Below the pieces are notes generated by a model. The model saw only the letters and a list, made by a program, of their open reading frames with translations, did no database searches and was not told where the DNA came from. The translations under genes and the position numbers were made by a program. Of a stretch of 64,000 nucleotides of DNA, positions 27,463 to 37,464 are shown in pieces (within the stretch, counting starts at the first letter, position 1; each line of letters starts with the position of its first letter). Origin of the DNA: an uncultured Candidatus Saccharibacteria bacterium (GTDB lineage Bacteria > Patescibacteriota > WWE3 > UBA101185 > UBA10185); assembly GCA_964396025.1 (NCBI GenBank), contig CAYNBT010000002.1, forward strand, positions 37,030 to 101,029, in the 5' to 3' direction.

Positions 27463-29733
27463 ATGTCCAAATCAAAACGGGGTAGAAAGAGGTCAATAAA
27501 ACTCAAAATCAAGCCGGGAGCTTTGACATCAATTTTTTCGGTATTGTTGGTTATACTTGCAGGTTTGAGCTTTATTTCGTTTTTTGCTCCTGACTATAGC
27601 CTCAATCAAAATATTCAATCTGTATTACGGGGTGCATTCGGGTTTTCTTCAATTCTAATTCCGCCAATTCTAGCAATTTGGGGTATGCTCTATATCAAGT
27701 CATTAAAACTGCCTTTTGTAGAAGTTCGTATTCTTTTTGGACTTATAGGGGCACTCGTAAGCTTGGCTGGCCTATTCCACATTTTTTATTCACCAGATAA
27801 TGCGTTAAATATGGCTCAAGAAGGTGTTGGTGGGGGAATTGTTGGTTATCAACTCGCTCAACTTCTTTCAAACACCGTAAGTAAGTATGGCGGTTTTTTG
27901 GTGCTTCTAGGAACTTTGATGGTTTCTGCAATATTTTTGTTTGATCTTTCCTTTGACGAGTTTTTTGGTCGAGTTAATGAGTTGCGTGAAAAACTTTCCT
28001 TTAGGAAGAGTGGATCTTCTTATGCAGAAAAGAAGCATTCCGAAATGGATGTTCATATTTCTTCTGGGCTTGATCTGGGGTTAGATAATGAGGATGCTGA
28101 AGATAATGAGCCTGCACATCACAGCACTAAAAAGAAACATTTTGAGGCAGAACCTGTAATTGAAGTTATTCCCACTATGGCAGAACCCCAGAATGTACCC
28201 GCAATGGCTGACATGCCTAAGGGCAAAGGTGCTGGATTTAACTCACTGTCGCAGCCGGGACTACCCTATTCAGACAAAGTATGGGAGCTGCCACCTTTGG
28301 AACTACTGCAGGAATCATCAAATGCTCCAATAGATCGCGGTGATGTAAAAGCTCGGGCTAAAATAATTGAAGACACACTACGTTCTTTTGGTGTTGTTGT
28401 AAGGGTGCGAGATATTGACTATGGTCCAACAGTGACTCGTTATGCTCTAGAAGCCGATTCCGGAACTAAAATCACTAAAATCTCTAGTTTGCAGTATGAC
28501 TTAGCTCTGTCGTTGGCTTCGCCTACGGGTTCAGTTAGAATAGAGGCTCCAATTCCGGGCAAGTCCTTAATAGGTATTGAGGTTCCAAATAACACCCGTG
28601 TACCAGTTTCTTTTAAGGATGTTTTTGTCTCAGATGCAATGCGAGGTGTTAAGTCCAAACTGGGCATAGTACTAGGTAAAGATGTTGGAGGGCAAACTCT
28701 AGTTTACGATATAGGTAAGATGCCTCACTTGCTCGTGGCAGGAGCTACAGGTTCAGGTAAATCCGTATTTTTACATTCTTTGATGTTTTCGTTGTTGTAT
28801 CGCTGCAGCCCTAATGAATGCAAGTTTATTTTGGTTGATCCTAAGAGAGTGGAGTTGATCCATTATGGAGATATACCGCACTTGTACACACCGGTGGTTA
28901 CAGATATAGAAAAAGCCGCGTCCGTGTTCAAATGGGCAGTAGCTGAGATGGAAAGAAGATACAAGCTTTTTGAGAGTGCCAAAGCAAGAAATATAGAAAG
29001 CTACAATGAGAAATCTGGCTTTCAAGCCTTGCCGTACATTATGATCATTGTAGATGAGTTAGGCGAAATTATGGTGGCGGACCCAGCCTCAGTGGAGAAA
29101 TCTATCATTAGGATAGCTCAGTTAGCAAGGGCTACAGGTATTCATCTTGTACTCACTACCCAACGACCTTCTACAAATGTGGTGACGGGATTGATAAAAG
29201 CTAACATCCCTTGTAGGATTGCCTTCAACGTAACGTCAAACATTGATTCCCGTGTCATTATAGACCAACCTGGCGCAGAAAAATTGATGGGCAAAGGTGA
29301 TATGTTGTTTGTGCCGCCTGATGTTTCCAAGCCTGTGCGCGTGCAAGGTGCTATGGTAACTGATGCTGAAATAGCTAAGCTGGTAAATTATCTAAAGAGT
29401 TTTGGTGTTGGTCCTGACTATGCCGCCGATATTCTTACCCAGGGGCCAGAGAAAGATAAAAGTATCTCGGCTGGTGGAGATTCAACAGACGATTTATTCA
29501 ATGAGGCCGTTGAAATTGTAGTCTCAGCTAACAAAGCATCTGCCTCGCTTTTGCAAAGGAGATTGTCGGTTGGGTATGCTAGAGCTGCTCGAATTTTGGA
29601 CGAACTCGAAGCAAAAAATATCATCGGACCCGCAAAGGGGAGCAAACCCAGGGAAATCTTAGTTCCTGGTGGTGCATCAGGACCTATTGATGATATAACT
29701 TCTGATGAGGATTATGCTGAGGAAGTATTTTAG
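27463..29733 (+). CDS. ftsK: DNA translocase FtsK/SpoIIIE
   Basis: N-terminal TMs; MPHLLVAGATGSGKS, VDPKRVEL, TQRPS; gamma domain LLQRRLSVGYARAAR. Confidence 0.97.
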   Translation: MSKSKRGRKRSIKLKIKPGALTSIFSVLLVILAGLSFISFFAPDYSLNQNIQSVLRGAFGFSSILIPPILAIWGMLYIKSLKLPFVEVRILFGLIGALVSLAGLFHIFYSPDNALNMAQEGVGGGIVGYQLAQLLSNTVSKYGGFLVLLGTLMVSAIFLFDLSFDEFFGRVNELREKLSFRKSGSSYAEKKHSEMDVHISSGLDLGLDNEDAEDNEPAHHSTKKKHFEAEPVIEVIPTMAEPQNVPAMADMPKGKGAGFNSLSQPGLPYSDKVWELPPLELLQESSNAPIDRGDVKARAKIIEDTLRSFGVVVRVRDIDYGPTVTRYALEADSGTKITKISSLQYDLALSLASPTGSVRIEAPIPGKSLIGIEVPNNTRVPVSFKDVFVSDAMRGVKSKLGIVLGKDVGGQTLVYDIGKMPHLLVAGATGSGKSVFLHSLMFSLLYRCSPNECKFILVDPKRVELIHYGDIPHLYTPVVTDIEKAASVFKWAVAEMERRYKLFESAKARNIESYNEKSGFQALPYIMIIVDELGEIMVADPASVEKSIIRIAQLARATGIHLVLTTQRPSTNVVTGLIKANIPCRIAFNVTSNIDSRVIIDQPGAEKLMGKGDMLFVPPDVSKPVRVQGAMVTDAEIAKLVNYLKSFGVGPDYAADILTQGPEKDKSISAGGDSTDDLFNEAVEIVVSANKASASLLQRRLSVGYARAARILDELEAKNIIGPAKGSKPREILVPGGASGPIDDITSDEDYAEEVF

Positions 29734-29761
29734 TCTCCTTCAACCTTAAGCTAACCATAAT

Positions 29762-30466
29762 ATGAAAAGTGTTGGACAGATCTTATATTCGCAAAGAAAA
29801 GCAAAGAAGTGGAGTTTGGATGACGTTAACAAATTCATCAAAATTCATCCAAAGTATCTTAAAGCCCTAGAATCTGGTGATACTACTGTATTTAAAGATA
29901 AGATACATGCCCTTGGCTTTTTACGAAACTATGCTGATTTTCTTGAGTTGGATGTAACAACCGTGCTAGCGCTTTGGCGCAGAGAATTTGGAGGCGAGTT
30001 CGGCCTTGCGGGGTTTGTTCCACTAAAAAATGTTCGCTACAAAAGATTAACTTTTTCTCCAGCACAAGGTTTTTTTGTTATAGCAGTTGCGTTGATTGTT
30101 GGTTTTTTCACATACGTCTTTTATCAGTACAAGACTTATTCTGACCTACCTGTATTTGATATTTACTCCCCTACAAACGATCTGATAACTTCAAAGGATG
30201 TGATAAATATACAAGGTCGTATAGACTTTGGCGCCAGTGTTATGGTCAATAATCAAAACATACCATTGAGCAAGAATGGTATCTTTGCTACAACAGTAAA
30301 ACTCAATCCAGGACTCAACGTTTTTTCATTTACTTCTTACAACAGAGAAGGGAAAAAGGCAGAAGTTATCCGAACGGTTATTTATCGACCTGTTACTTCA
30401 GGAACCATAGAAGAAGCTCGTGCAGTTACGGAATCTTCTGAGTCTAGTACCAATAGGCTTGACTGA
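29762..30466 (+). CDS. RodZ-like HTH membrane protein with an Ig-like C-terminus
   Basis: KIHPKYLKALESG, GFLRNYADFLELD, TM, LNPGLN..; follows ftsK. Confidence 0.8.
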   Translation: MKSVGQILYSQRKAKKWSLDDVNKFIKIHPKYLKALESGDTTVFKDKIHALGFLRNYADFLELDVTTVLALWRREFGGEFGLAGFVPLKNVRYKRLTFSPAQGFFVIAVALIVGFFTYVFYQYKTYSDLPVFDIYSPTNDLITSKDVINIQGRIDFGASVMVNNQNIPLSKNGIFATTVKLNPGLNVFSFTSYNREGKKAEVIRTVIYRPVTSGTIEEARAVTESSESSTNRLD

Positions 30467-30565
30467 TTTTTTTGAGAATGCAATACTGAATTTAGTATTT
30501 TTATACATCTGCCCAAACTTGTATAGATCACTTGATCTGTTTGTGTTTGTAGCAATGTAAATTCA

Positions 30566-30829
30566 TTGGATATACAGGTTGTAATCGTAATCATACTTTC
30601 TCTTTTGACCATCAATTTGTTAGTGGTTGGTGTCTATGTGGTATTGGTGCTTAGAGATGTTCGTCAAACGGTCAAACGCGTTAACTCTGTTTTGGAAACT
30701 GTAGATACTTTCAGCTCTTCTCTTTCAAGTCCCATTTCTACCATCATTACTGTAACCAGTGCTTTATCTGAAGGCATTAAAGCGTTCAAAAACTTAAAAA
30801 ATTTGAGAGATGACAATAGCGATGTGTGA
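30566..30829 (+). CDS. DUF948/YtxG-like membrane protein
   Basis: TM plus coiled coil; precedes the YtxH-like gene. Confidence 0.65.
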   Translation: MDIQVVIVIILSLLTINLLVVGVYVVLVLRDVRQTVKRVNSVLETVDTFSSSLSSPISTIITVTSALSEGIKAFKNLKNLRDDNSDV

Positions 30830-31106
30830 TAACAAACATCATTCGCCACATTCTGGTGGATTTACGACTGGCATGCTTTTTGGTGCAATACTTGGTATAG
30901 CAGCAGGGGTCTTATTGGCACCTGCAAAGGGTGAAGACACGCGTAAGAAACTTCAAAGTGCCAAAGAAGATTATGCTAAAAAAGCATCTGATACTGTTGA
31001 GCAAATACAGCAGCTGTTTGCTGAAGATCAGTTAGTTGAAGGTGCTGAGAAATCAGCCAAATCCTCCAAGAAAAGAAAGCTCTTTAAGGGAGCAAGAAAA
31101 TCCTAA
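30822..31106 (+). CDS. YtxH domain protein
   Basis: FTTGMLFGAILGIAAGVLLAPAKGEDTRKKL. Confidence 0.9.
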   Translation: MCDNKHHSPHSGGFTTGMLFGAILGIAAGVLLAPAKGEDTRKKLQSAKEDYAKKASDTVEQIQQLFAEDQLVEGAEKSAKSSKKRKLFKGARKS

Positions 31107-31181
31107 AGTTAGCATAATATGGTGGATTAAGTGTTGCTGCGAGTATAGTGGTTTATTCACGTATGGTATAAAATACTAACT

Positions 31182-31646
31182 ATGGATACAAATGCACAAA
31201 ATACATCTGATCCTAATATTCAGCCTAATTCGCCTGATTTAAGTTTTCAACCAAGCGCTTCGGTATCCGGCGAAAGTGGGGTTCATGTTGAGATCCCTGT
31301 TGTTGCACCTATCTCAGTTGAGCATACTCCCGAGCCTGTTGTAGAGCAGCCTGTAGAACAGACTGTAGAACAACCTGTAGAGTTGGCGCCAGAAGTTTAT
31401 AAAACTCCTGAAACTGTTGAAACTATATCACCCGCCCCAACGGTTGTTTTGAGTGAAGACCCTCTTGCCGAAAACGTTGTACCGCTGCCAAAAGCTATGC
31501 CTGTTGTTGAATCAATTGTAGACAAGAGAACTAATCATGAATCACTTGCAAAGGTAAAACCCAATGCCGACCCTGTAACTCTTGATGCAGATAAGAACGA
31601 AGAAGAGTTTATTGCTGGAGTGGAAATTGCCCATGAACATAAATAG
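31182..31646 (+). CDS. Pro/Glu/Val-rich low-complexity protein
   Basis: Probably disordered; PVEQ repeats; overlaps the start of the next gene. Confidence 0.7.
   Translation: MDTNAQNTSDPNIQPNSPDLSFQPSASVSGESGVHVEIPVVAPISVEHTPEPVVEQPVEQTVEQPVELAPEVYKTPETVETISPAPTVVLSEDPLAENVVPLPKAMPVVESIVDKRTNHESLAKVKPNADPVTLDADKNEEEFIAGVEIAHEHK
31335..31385 (+). repeat. Degenerate 12-nt in-frame tandem repeat (PVEQ/TVEQ)
   Basis: cctgttgtagagcag cctgtagaacag actgtagaacaa cctgtagagttg. Confidence 0.6.
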
Positions 31647-34065
31647 CTCGATCAACACTATTATGTGGCTTTGGATAGCAGGTTTGGTTGCGCTGATGAT
31701 TGGGACTATTGTTTTCAAATATTACATTGGTAAAAAAAGAAGAGAGTATGAAGCTTCAAACCAATTTAAGCTCACATTCTTACAAATAAAACTTCCTCCT
31801 CAAAACGAGATCGAGATAAAAGCCGCCGAGCATATGTTTTCCAGTTTTATGGGGTTTAAGAAATCATTTTGGGATACACTCAAGACTGGGCAACATAGGA
31901 TTTCATTTGAAATTGTTTCAAAAGTCGAAGGTATTGCTTTCTATGTTGTGGTCCCCGATGATATTGCACTACATGTTGAAAAGCAGATAAACGCAGCTTA
32001 TCCAACTGCCGAAATTGATATTATCGATCCAGAAGAAATCTGGGATCGTGGTGCACATACAGCAATCATGGAGCTTGGACTTTCGGGTCCGGATTATTAT
32101 CCGATCAAGAACCATGAGGACATTGGTGGTGACGCACTTAGTGCTATCACCAGTTCCATGAGCAAGCTGGGTCCAGATGATGTGCTTACGGTGCAATTTC
32201 TTGTAAAGCCAGCTTCAGAGAATTGGCGTAAATCTGGTAAGAGCTATATTGGTAAAATCAAAAACCGTGCAAACGATCCGAACAAACAGGTCAATATTGA
32301 TACAGCTCATTTGGAGGGTGTAGAAAAGAAAATTTCAAAACCCGGTTTTGATACTGTGATAAGGGTAGTTTCAATCTCTAGTGATAAGTTTACCTCTGAT
32401 GCCCATCTCAGAGCCCTAGAGACAGCATTTGAACAGTTCACTGATGTAAATTACAACAGGTTTGTGGCCAAGCGTCTCAAATCATCAAAAAAATTTATTG
32501 ATGACTTTATTCACAGAAGAATGCGCGCTGTTGAATGGTTTATCCCGCTGTTTGATATCTCCTTGAAAAAGAATACTTCTGTCTTGAATATCTCTGAAAT
32601 GGCCACTGTGTTTCATTTTCCAAACAAAAACATCCAAACCCCAAATATTATCTGGCTTGGTGCTAGAAAGGCACCTGCACCTGCGAATGTACCAAAAGAG
32701 GGGATATTGCTTGGGCAGAATCAATACCGTGGTACTGTCACACCGGTACACATGAAAGACGGGGATCGCCGTAGGCACATGTATATTATAGGGCAAACCG
32801 GTACAGGAAAATCAGAATTTTTGAAAGCTCTGGTCCTTCAGGACATCAAAGCGGGTAAAGGTGTAGCGCTTATTGACCCTCACGGTAGTGATATAGATGA
32901 TATTTTGCAAAGAATTCCTGAGGAACGTAAAGACGATGTGATCTTGTTTGATGTTTCCGATACACAGCGGCCGTTAGGTCTAAACATACTTGAATGGCAA
33001 ACTGAGGAACAAAAGAATATGTTGATCAACGCTTTTATTGGTTTGTTGTACAAGCTATATGACCCAAATCGCCAAGGAATTATTGGACCAAAGCTTGAAC
33101 GTGCTGTTAGAAACATTATGCTTACAGCGATGGTAGATAGAGAGGCTACATTGGTTGATGTATTACGTTTATTGATTGATAACGAGTATTCCAAAAAATT
33201 CTTGCCTTTGGTAAAAGATCCTTTGGTAAAACGTTATTGGACTGATGAGGTTGCCAAAACCAGCGACTTCCACAAGAGCGAAACCATGGGCTACTTTGTT
33301 TCAAAGTTTGATAGGTTTATCACCGAAAGCACCATGCGCAATATTCTGGGTCAGCCAAAATCGGCATTGGACTTCTCCAAAATTATGGCAGAGAAAAAGA
33401 TCTTCCTTGCCGATTTATCCAAAGGGAAAATTGGTGAAGAAAATGCCACGTTCTTGGGTTTGATCATTGTTCCAAGGATTTTGATGGCTGCTCTGCAGCG
33501 TGCTACGTTACTAGGTCAGGGAATTCAATTCCCTGATTTTTACCTGTATGTAGATGAGTTCCAAAACTTTGCTACGCCCGATTTTGCCACAATCTTATCT
33601 GAAGCTAGAAAATATAAACTTAACTTGATAGTAGCCAACCAGTTTATTGCGCAACTTTCTGATGAGATCAAAACAGCAATTTTTGGTAACGTGGGAACTA
33701 TGGCTTCGTTCCGAATTGGTATAGATGATTCAGAATATTTGGCCACGCAGTTTTCGCCGATTTTTGAGGCCAATGACTTGATCAACAATCCTATGGGAAG
33801 TGCTTGTGTAAGATTGTTGATAGATGGGCACCCATCAATTCCATTTTCAATGCAAGTGCCTTGGGATAAAGAGCGTAATGACCTTTCTCTTATATACGGT
33901 GAGTTTTCAAAAAATCAAAACATTGGACAAGAAATACGTCAGCGTTCTAGAATGACTTATGGTCGCCCAGTTGCCGAAGTGGAAGAGTTTATAAACAAGC
34001 GTGCCGGTTTTGACGAGCCGCCCATACAAGCTCCTCCTCAACTGAAAAGGGAGATCAGGTTTTAA
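31633..34065 (+). CDS. VirD4/TraD-like (type IV coupling, HerA-FtsK superfamily) membrane ATPase
   Basis: N-terminal TM; RRRHMYIIGQTGTGKS, LIDPHG, LYVDEFQNF, LSEARKY, ANQFIAQL, IFGNVGT. Confidence 0.88.
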   Translation: MNINSSINTIMWLWIAGLVALMIGTIVFKYYIGKKRREYEASNQFKLTFLQIKLPPQNEIEIKAAEHMFSSFMGFKKSFWDTLKTGQHRISFEIVSKVEGIAFYVVVPDDIALHVEKQINAAYPTAEIDIIDPEEIWDRGAHTAIMELGLSGPDYYPIKNHEDIGGDALSAITSSMSKLGPDDVLTVQFLVKPASENWRKSGKSYIGKIKNRANDPNKQVNIDTAHLEGVEKKISKPGFDTVIRVVSISSDKFTSDAHLRALETAFEQFTDVNYNRFVAKRLKSSKKFIDDFIHRRMRAVEWFIPLFDISLKKNTSVLNISEMATVFHFPNKNIQTPNIIWLGARKAPAPANVPKEGILLGQNQYRGTVTPVHMKDGDRRRHMYIIGQTGTGKSEFLKALVLQDIKAGKGVALIDPHGSDIDDILQRIPEERKDDVILFDVSDTQRPLGLNILEWQTEEQKNMLINAFIGLLYKLYDPNRQGIIGPKLERAVRNIMLTAMVDREATLVDVLRLLIDNEYSKKFLPLVKDPLVKRYWTDEVAKTSDFHKSETMGYFVSKFDRFITESTMRNILGQPKSALDFSKIMAEKKIFLADLSKGKIGEENATFLGLIIVPRILMAALQRATLLGQGIQFPDFYLYVDEFQNFATPDFATILSEARKYKLNLIVANQFIAQLSDEIKTAIFGNVGTMASFRIGIDDSEYLATQFSPIFEANDLINNPMGSACVRLLIDGHPSIPFSMQVPWDKERNDLSLIYGEFSKNQNIGQEIRQRSRMTYGRPVAEVEEFINKRAGFDEPPIQAPPQLKREIRF

Positions 34066-34088
34066 TATGAAAGTTTTTAACTAATACT

Positions 34089-37000
34089 ATGACTGCCCAA
34101 AATCGCCGAGATACACAACCTGATGAGCTAGCCACCCTGCGCGATGTACTTGAGACTACTGGCTCAGCCGAAACTAAGGCACGTGAAGCTGAAATTCTTA
34201 AAAAAAGCAATCCGGAAGACTTAGATATCACGGATTTGGTAAAGCGCACAGATGTAAGGCTCAAGACAGCTGCAGAAGAACTTAAGAAACTCGAAGGGGT
34301 CAATGCAGCAGAGTTTATTGCGGCATGCACAGATTTTAGCGATCACATTAAAAGTTTTAGACCACAAGAAAATGATGCAAACGACGTGGTATTGCTGGCA
34401 TTAGAAAATGCGGGTAGAGCTGAGGTAGTGTTTGACGAGGCATACAAAGGCACCATAAGAGAGATAGTTATGTTCGTCAACGAGTATGCTCCTCATGTTA
34501 GTGAACAAAATCCAAAGATAGGCTTTGCTTTACAAATGTATATGGAGGCAATGTCTGCCAATAATTCTTTTGCTGATTTAAACAACGAGCAGGAATTTAC
34601 GAATCAGTATGTAAGGCCGGCTTCAGAAAATAATCTCAGACTAAGTAAAGAAGAAGCGTCAAAACTTTTTCATGCTTTACACGATATTTCTCAAGTAAAT
34701 CCGATGCCTTTTAAAGATTTTGCCAATGAGAACAATTATGCACCGGGCAATACAGTAGAGCAGGATAAAGAAATTGCTGCAACAAAAGAGCACGAACGCT
34801 ATCAAAAATGGCTAAACTTGGTTGAGACCTTTGATTCATTTTTGCCTCAAGATCCCCTGCAAAACAAATGGGAAAAATACAATGAAATCCCCGGACCCGT
34901 GGAAAACCCATGGCTAAATTGGCAAGAAAAACATGCTGCCGATGGTGGTTTGATTGTGGACGTGAGCAAAGGTGCAGGGCCACTTGTAGAGGTTGAAAAG
35001 AGAAGCGGCTTTTTTGGAACTAAAAAAGGCTATGAAGCTGCAAAACCTGTTCAAAACGAAATCTTCCTCATGGAAAAACAGATAGCTGTGGTTGGGCAAG
35101 ACGGCAGAACTTACTTAAGAAAAGTTCAGTGCTCAAACGAAGTTTATTACAAAGTAGATTTAAAATACGACAAAGTCGGTGGCGTTGAGGCAGCCTACTA
35201 CAAACAAACGGGATTCTGCCATACAGGAATAAAGTCAGAAATAATTGGAGAATATGAACGAATGCAACAGTTACGTGCAGCTGTAGCGGTCGAGGGAGGT
35301 AATAAATACCAAGTTCCTCAACTGATTCAAGAAGAAGGGGATCCAGCGCCCAAAATGCAGGTAATCCTCATGGACAAGGAAACCTATCTAAAAGCGTTGA
35401 GTAATGTCACACTTGCCGTGAAATCATACGAGGGCCCTCCACCTCCAGAAGGTAACAATCCAAAAGCCATAGTTGATGCTTACTACGAGAAAAAGGCCCA
35501 GGCGGGCAGGAAGAAGTTCAGAGAGCAATTTGTAAACGAAATCGCTGGTGACGATTTGATGCCAGAGCGTGCCCATGTACAAGTCCGATCTGCTGTGGAG
35601 GCATACTTGGCCAGGTTAGAAACCGCAGAACCAAAAAATGAGACATTGATAAACTCAATAAAGGAATCCCAAGAGAATGTAAATGCCCATTACGAAGATA
35701 TTGGAAGAAACTACGGCAAACTAAACAGATACAACGATAAAGCCACACAGCGTGTCTTGGAGCGACGTGCTTTGGGACTTTCTACACTTACCGATCAGGA
35801 CGTTTATGATCACAGCCCTGCTTATATGGCCGAACTAAATGCTGCAAAGCAGGAAATTGCCAGCGAGTATTTTTACAAAAAGATAGTTTTGAATGATGTG
35901 GCTATGGAAGTGAAAAGGCTTGAAACTGTAGAACAGAGCAATCCGGAAGTACTCAATGATTATTTGGCTAATCTGGATCATAGAATTCAGTTGCGTGTTG
36001 AGGAAATGAAGCAAAATGCAGAGATCGATAAAACTGCTTCTTCTGCTGAGGCAGCGAGCAAATACATCACTGCAGATATGGATGCCATGTATGAGGCGAT
36101 TGCACGCCCTACGCATGATTTATCCGTAGAATTAAAAAGAGGCGAGAAGTTAGTAGCTAGAGCAAAGGACAAACATAAGATGGCTGTGGGAGATATGTAT
36201 GCCTATGCCACAATGTCTGGACTCTTGCCTCAGGATGTTTGGAATGCCGTGGAGTTAAATACTGCTCTTACTATTATAAGCGATCAGACAAATTGGGAAG
36301 TTGCATATCTTCCGGAACTAGTACTGCCTCCAACATCGCCTGATAGCTTGGATCCTGTATTTTTGACAAAGTTTGTGAATATTTACAATAGGAAACCTAC
36401 GCAGCAAGAGATGAATGCGTTTGCATACAATACAAACGTTAACGCTATTGACTCAAAAATTGCTAGAGCAAACGCAAGAGTTATGGAGGTTGAGCGTGTC
36501 CTAGATTATTTTGGTTCTTTGGAAAATGCCTCAGATGATATGTCCCAACAAGATGTTTATAACGCGATGGTCTCAGGTGCTACTCTTGATTTTGAGACCC
36601 GTTCTGTGGTTAAAGAAGCTGTTAAATTAAGATATGCAGACGACGAAGTACGTCAGAGTATTGCGGAGTCCTATCTATCGGCTGCCAAAATTGTTGAGGC
36701 TACGTCAGTACTCGTGGCTGCTAGAAACAAACGTGCTGTTGAAGGTAATTTCATACCTTCCGACTATATGGATGTTAATGGAAGTATTACTTCGGAAGGA
36801 GCTAGGATTTTTGCGGAAATGGAAGCTCTAAAAAAAGAACTATCCCCTGAGAGCGCTGCAAAGGTGATTGCTAATCTTGATAGCAACCGTAGGAAGAATG
36901 AACAAGGTCTTGAAGCTGTTGCGGTCGAAATTACCCCAGCTAGACTAGACACCTTACAAACCAGCTTAGAAGGAAACTTGGAGGCTGCACGAGCTCTAGC

Positions 37001-37454
37001 TGCTGAAAGTAAGTACGGTGCTCAGGTGCCTGAGGATGCATTTGACGCCCAAGCTCAATTTATAAAAGAGACCATTGATAATTTGCGCAATCAGCCTGCT
37101 TCTTCCGCACAGTCGGCGCAAGCTATTGTTGCATATAGAGCATTACACCGCATTAGTGGTGCACAGCAGGCCTTTCTAGATAGTTATGCCGATGCCACTG
37201 TAAATAAAGACGTTATGCGTGAGACAGCTTTGGCTGTGAATTATGTTACATCCGCTGCAGAAACCGCAGCAACATTCAATGCTGCGGTTCGCTTACCAGA
37301 CGACCTTATTCAGCTGGGACAGGAGCGGGGCATAGATGCTTCGTTTATTCTCCTCGCGAATGACACCTTTAGCTTGTCAACAGAAGTTCCGTACAATAGT
37401 GATGTAGTTATGGCTTATGCTGAGCAATTGCAGAATAATGCAGCCGCAGTATAG
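34089..37454 (+). CDS. Large hypothetical Ala/Glu-rich helical protein (1121 aa)
   Basis: Long uninterrupted ORF; no signal peptide or motif recognised. Confidence 0.8.
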   Translation: MTAQNRRDTQPDELATLRDVLETTGSAETKAREAEILKKSNPEDLDITDLVKRTDVRLKTAAEELKKLEGVNAAEFIAACTDFSDHIKSFRPQENDANDVVLLALENAGRAEVVFDEAYKGTIREIVMFVNEYAPHVSEQNPKIGFALQMYMEAMSANNSFADLNNEQEFTNQYVRPASENNLRLSKEEASKLFHALHDISQVNPMPFKDFANENNYAPGNTVEQDKEIAATKEHERYQKWLNLVETFDSFLPQDPLQNKWEKYNEIPGPVENPWLNWQEKHAADGGLIVDVSKGAGPLVEVEKRSGFFGTKKGYEAAKPVQNEIFLMEKQIAVVGQDGRTYLRKVQCSNEVYYKVDLKYDKVGGVEAAYYKQTGFCHTGIKSEIIGEYERMQQLRAAVAVEGGNKYQVPQLIQEEGDPAPKMQVILMDKETYLKALSNVTLAVKSYEGPPPPEGNNPKAIVDAYYEKKAQAGRKKFREQFVNEIAGDDLMPERAHVQVRSAVEAYLARLETAEPKNETLINSIKESQENVNAHYEDIGRNYGKLNRYNDKATQRVLERRALGLSTLTDQDVYDHSPAYMAELNAAKQEIASEYFYKKIVLNDVAMEVKRLETVEQSNPEVLNDYLANLDHRIQLRVEEMKQNAEIDKTASSAEAASKYITADMDAMYEAIARPTHDLSVELKRGEKLVARAKDKHKMAVGDMYAYATMSGLLPQDVWNAVELNTALTIISDQTNWEVAYLPELVLPPTSPDSLDPVFLTKFVNIYNRKPTQQEMNAFAYNTNVNAIDSKIARANARVMEVERVLDYFGSLENASDDMSQQDVYNAMVSGATLDFETRSVVKEAVKLRYADDEVRQSIAESYLSAAKIVEATSVLVAARNKRAVEGNFIPSDYMDVNGSITSEGARIFAEMEALKKELSPESAAKVIANLDSNRRKNEQGLEAVAVEITPARLDTLQTSLEGNLEAARALAAESKYGAQVPEDAFDAQAQFIKETIDNLRNQPASSAQSAQAIVAYRALHRISGAQQAFLDSYADATVNKDVMRETALAVNYVTSAAETAATFNAAVRLPDDLIQLGQERGIDASFILLANDTFSLSTEVPYNSDVVMAYAEQLQNNAAAV

Positions 37455-37464
37455 TGGTTAATTT

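Noticed and set aside
31136-31165. tRNA-like 5' sequence (gcgagtatagtggttta)
   Set aside because: No T-arm (GTTCRA) or acceptor stem follows.
31633-34065. Conjugative element suggested by the VirD4-like gene
   Set aside because: No relaxase, mating-pair genes or integrase in the window.
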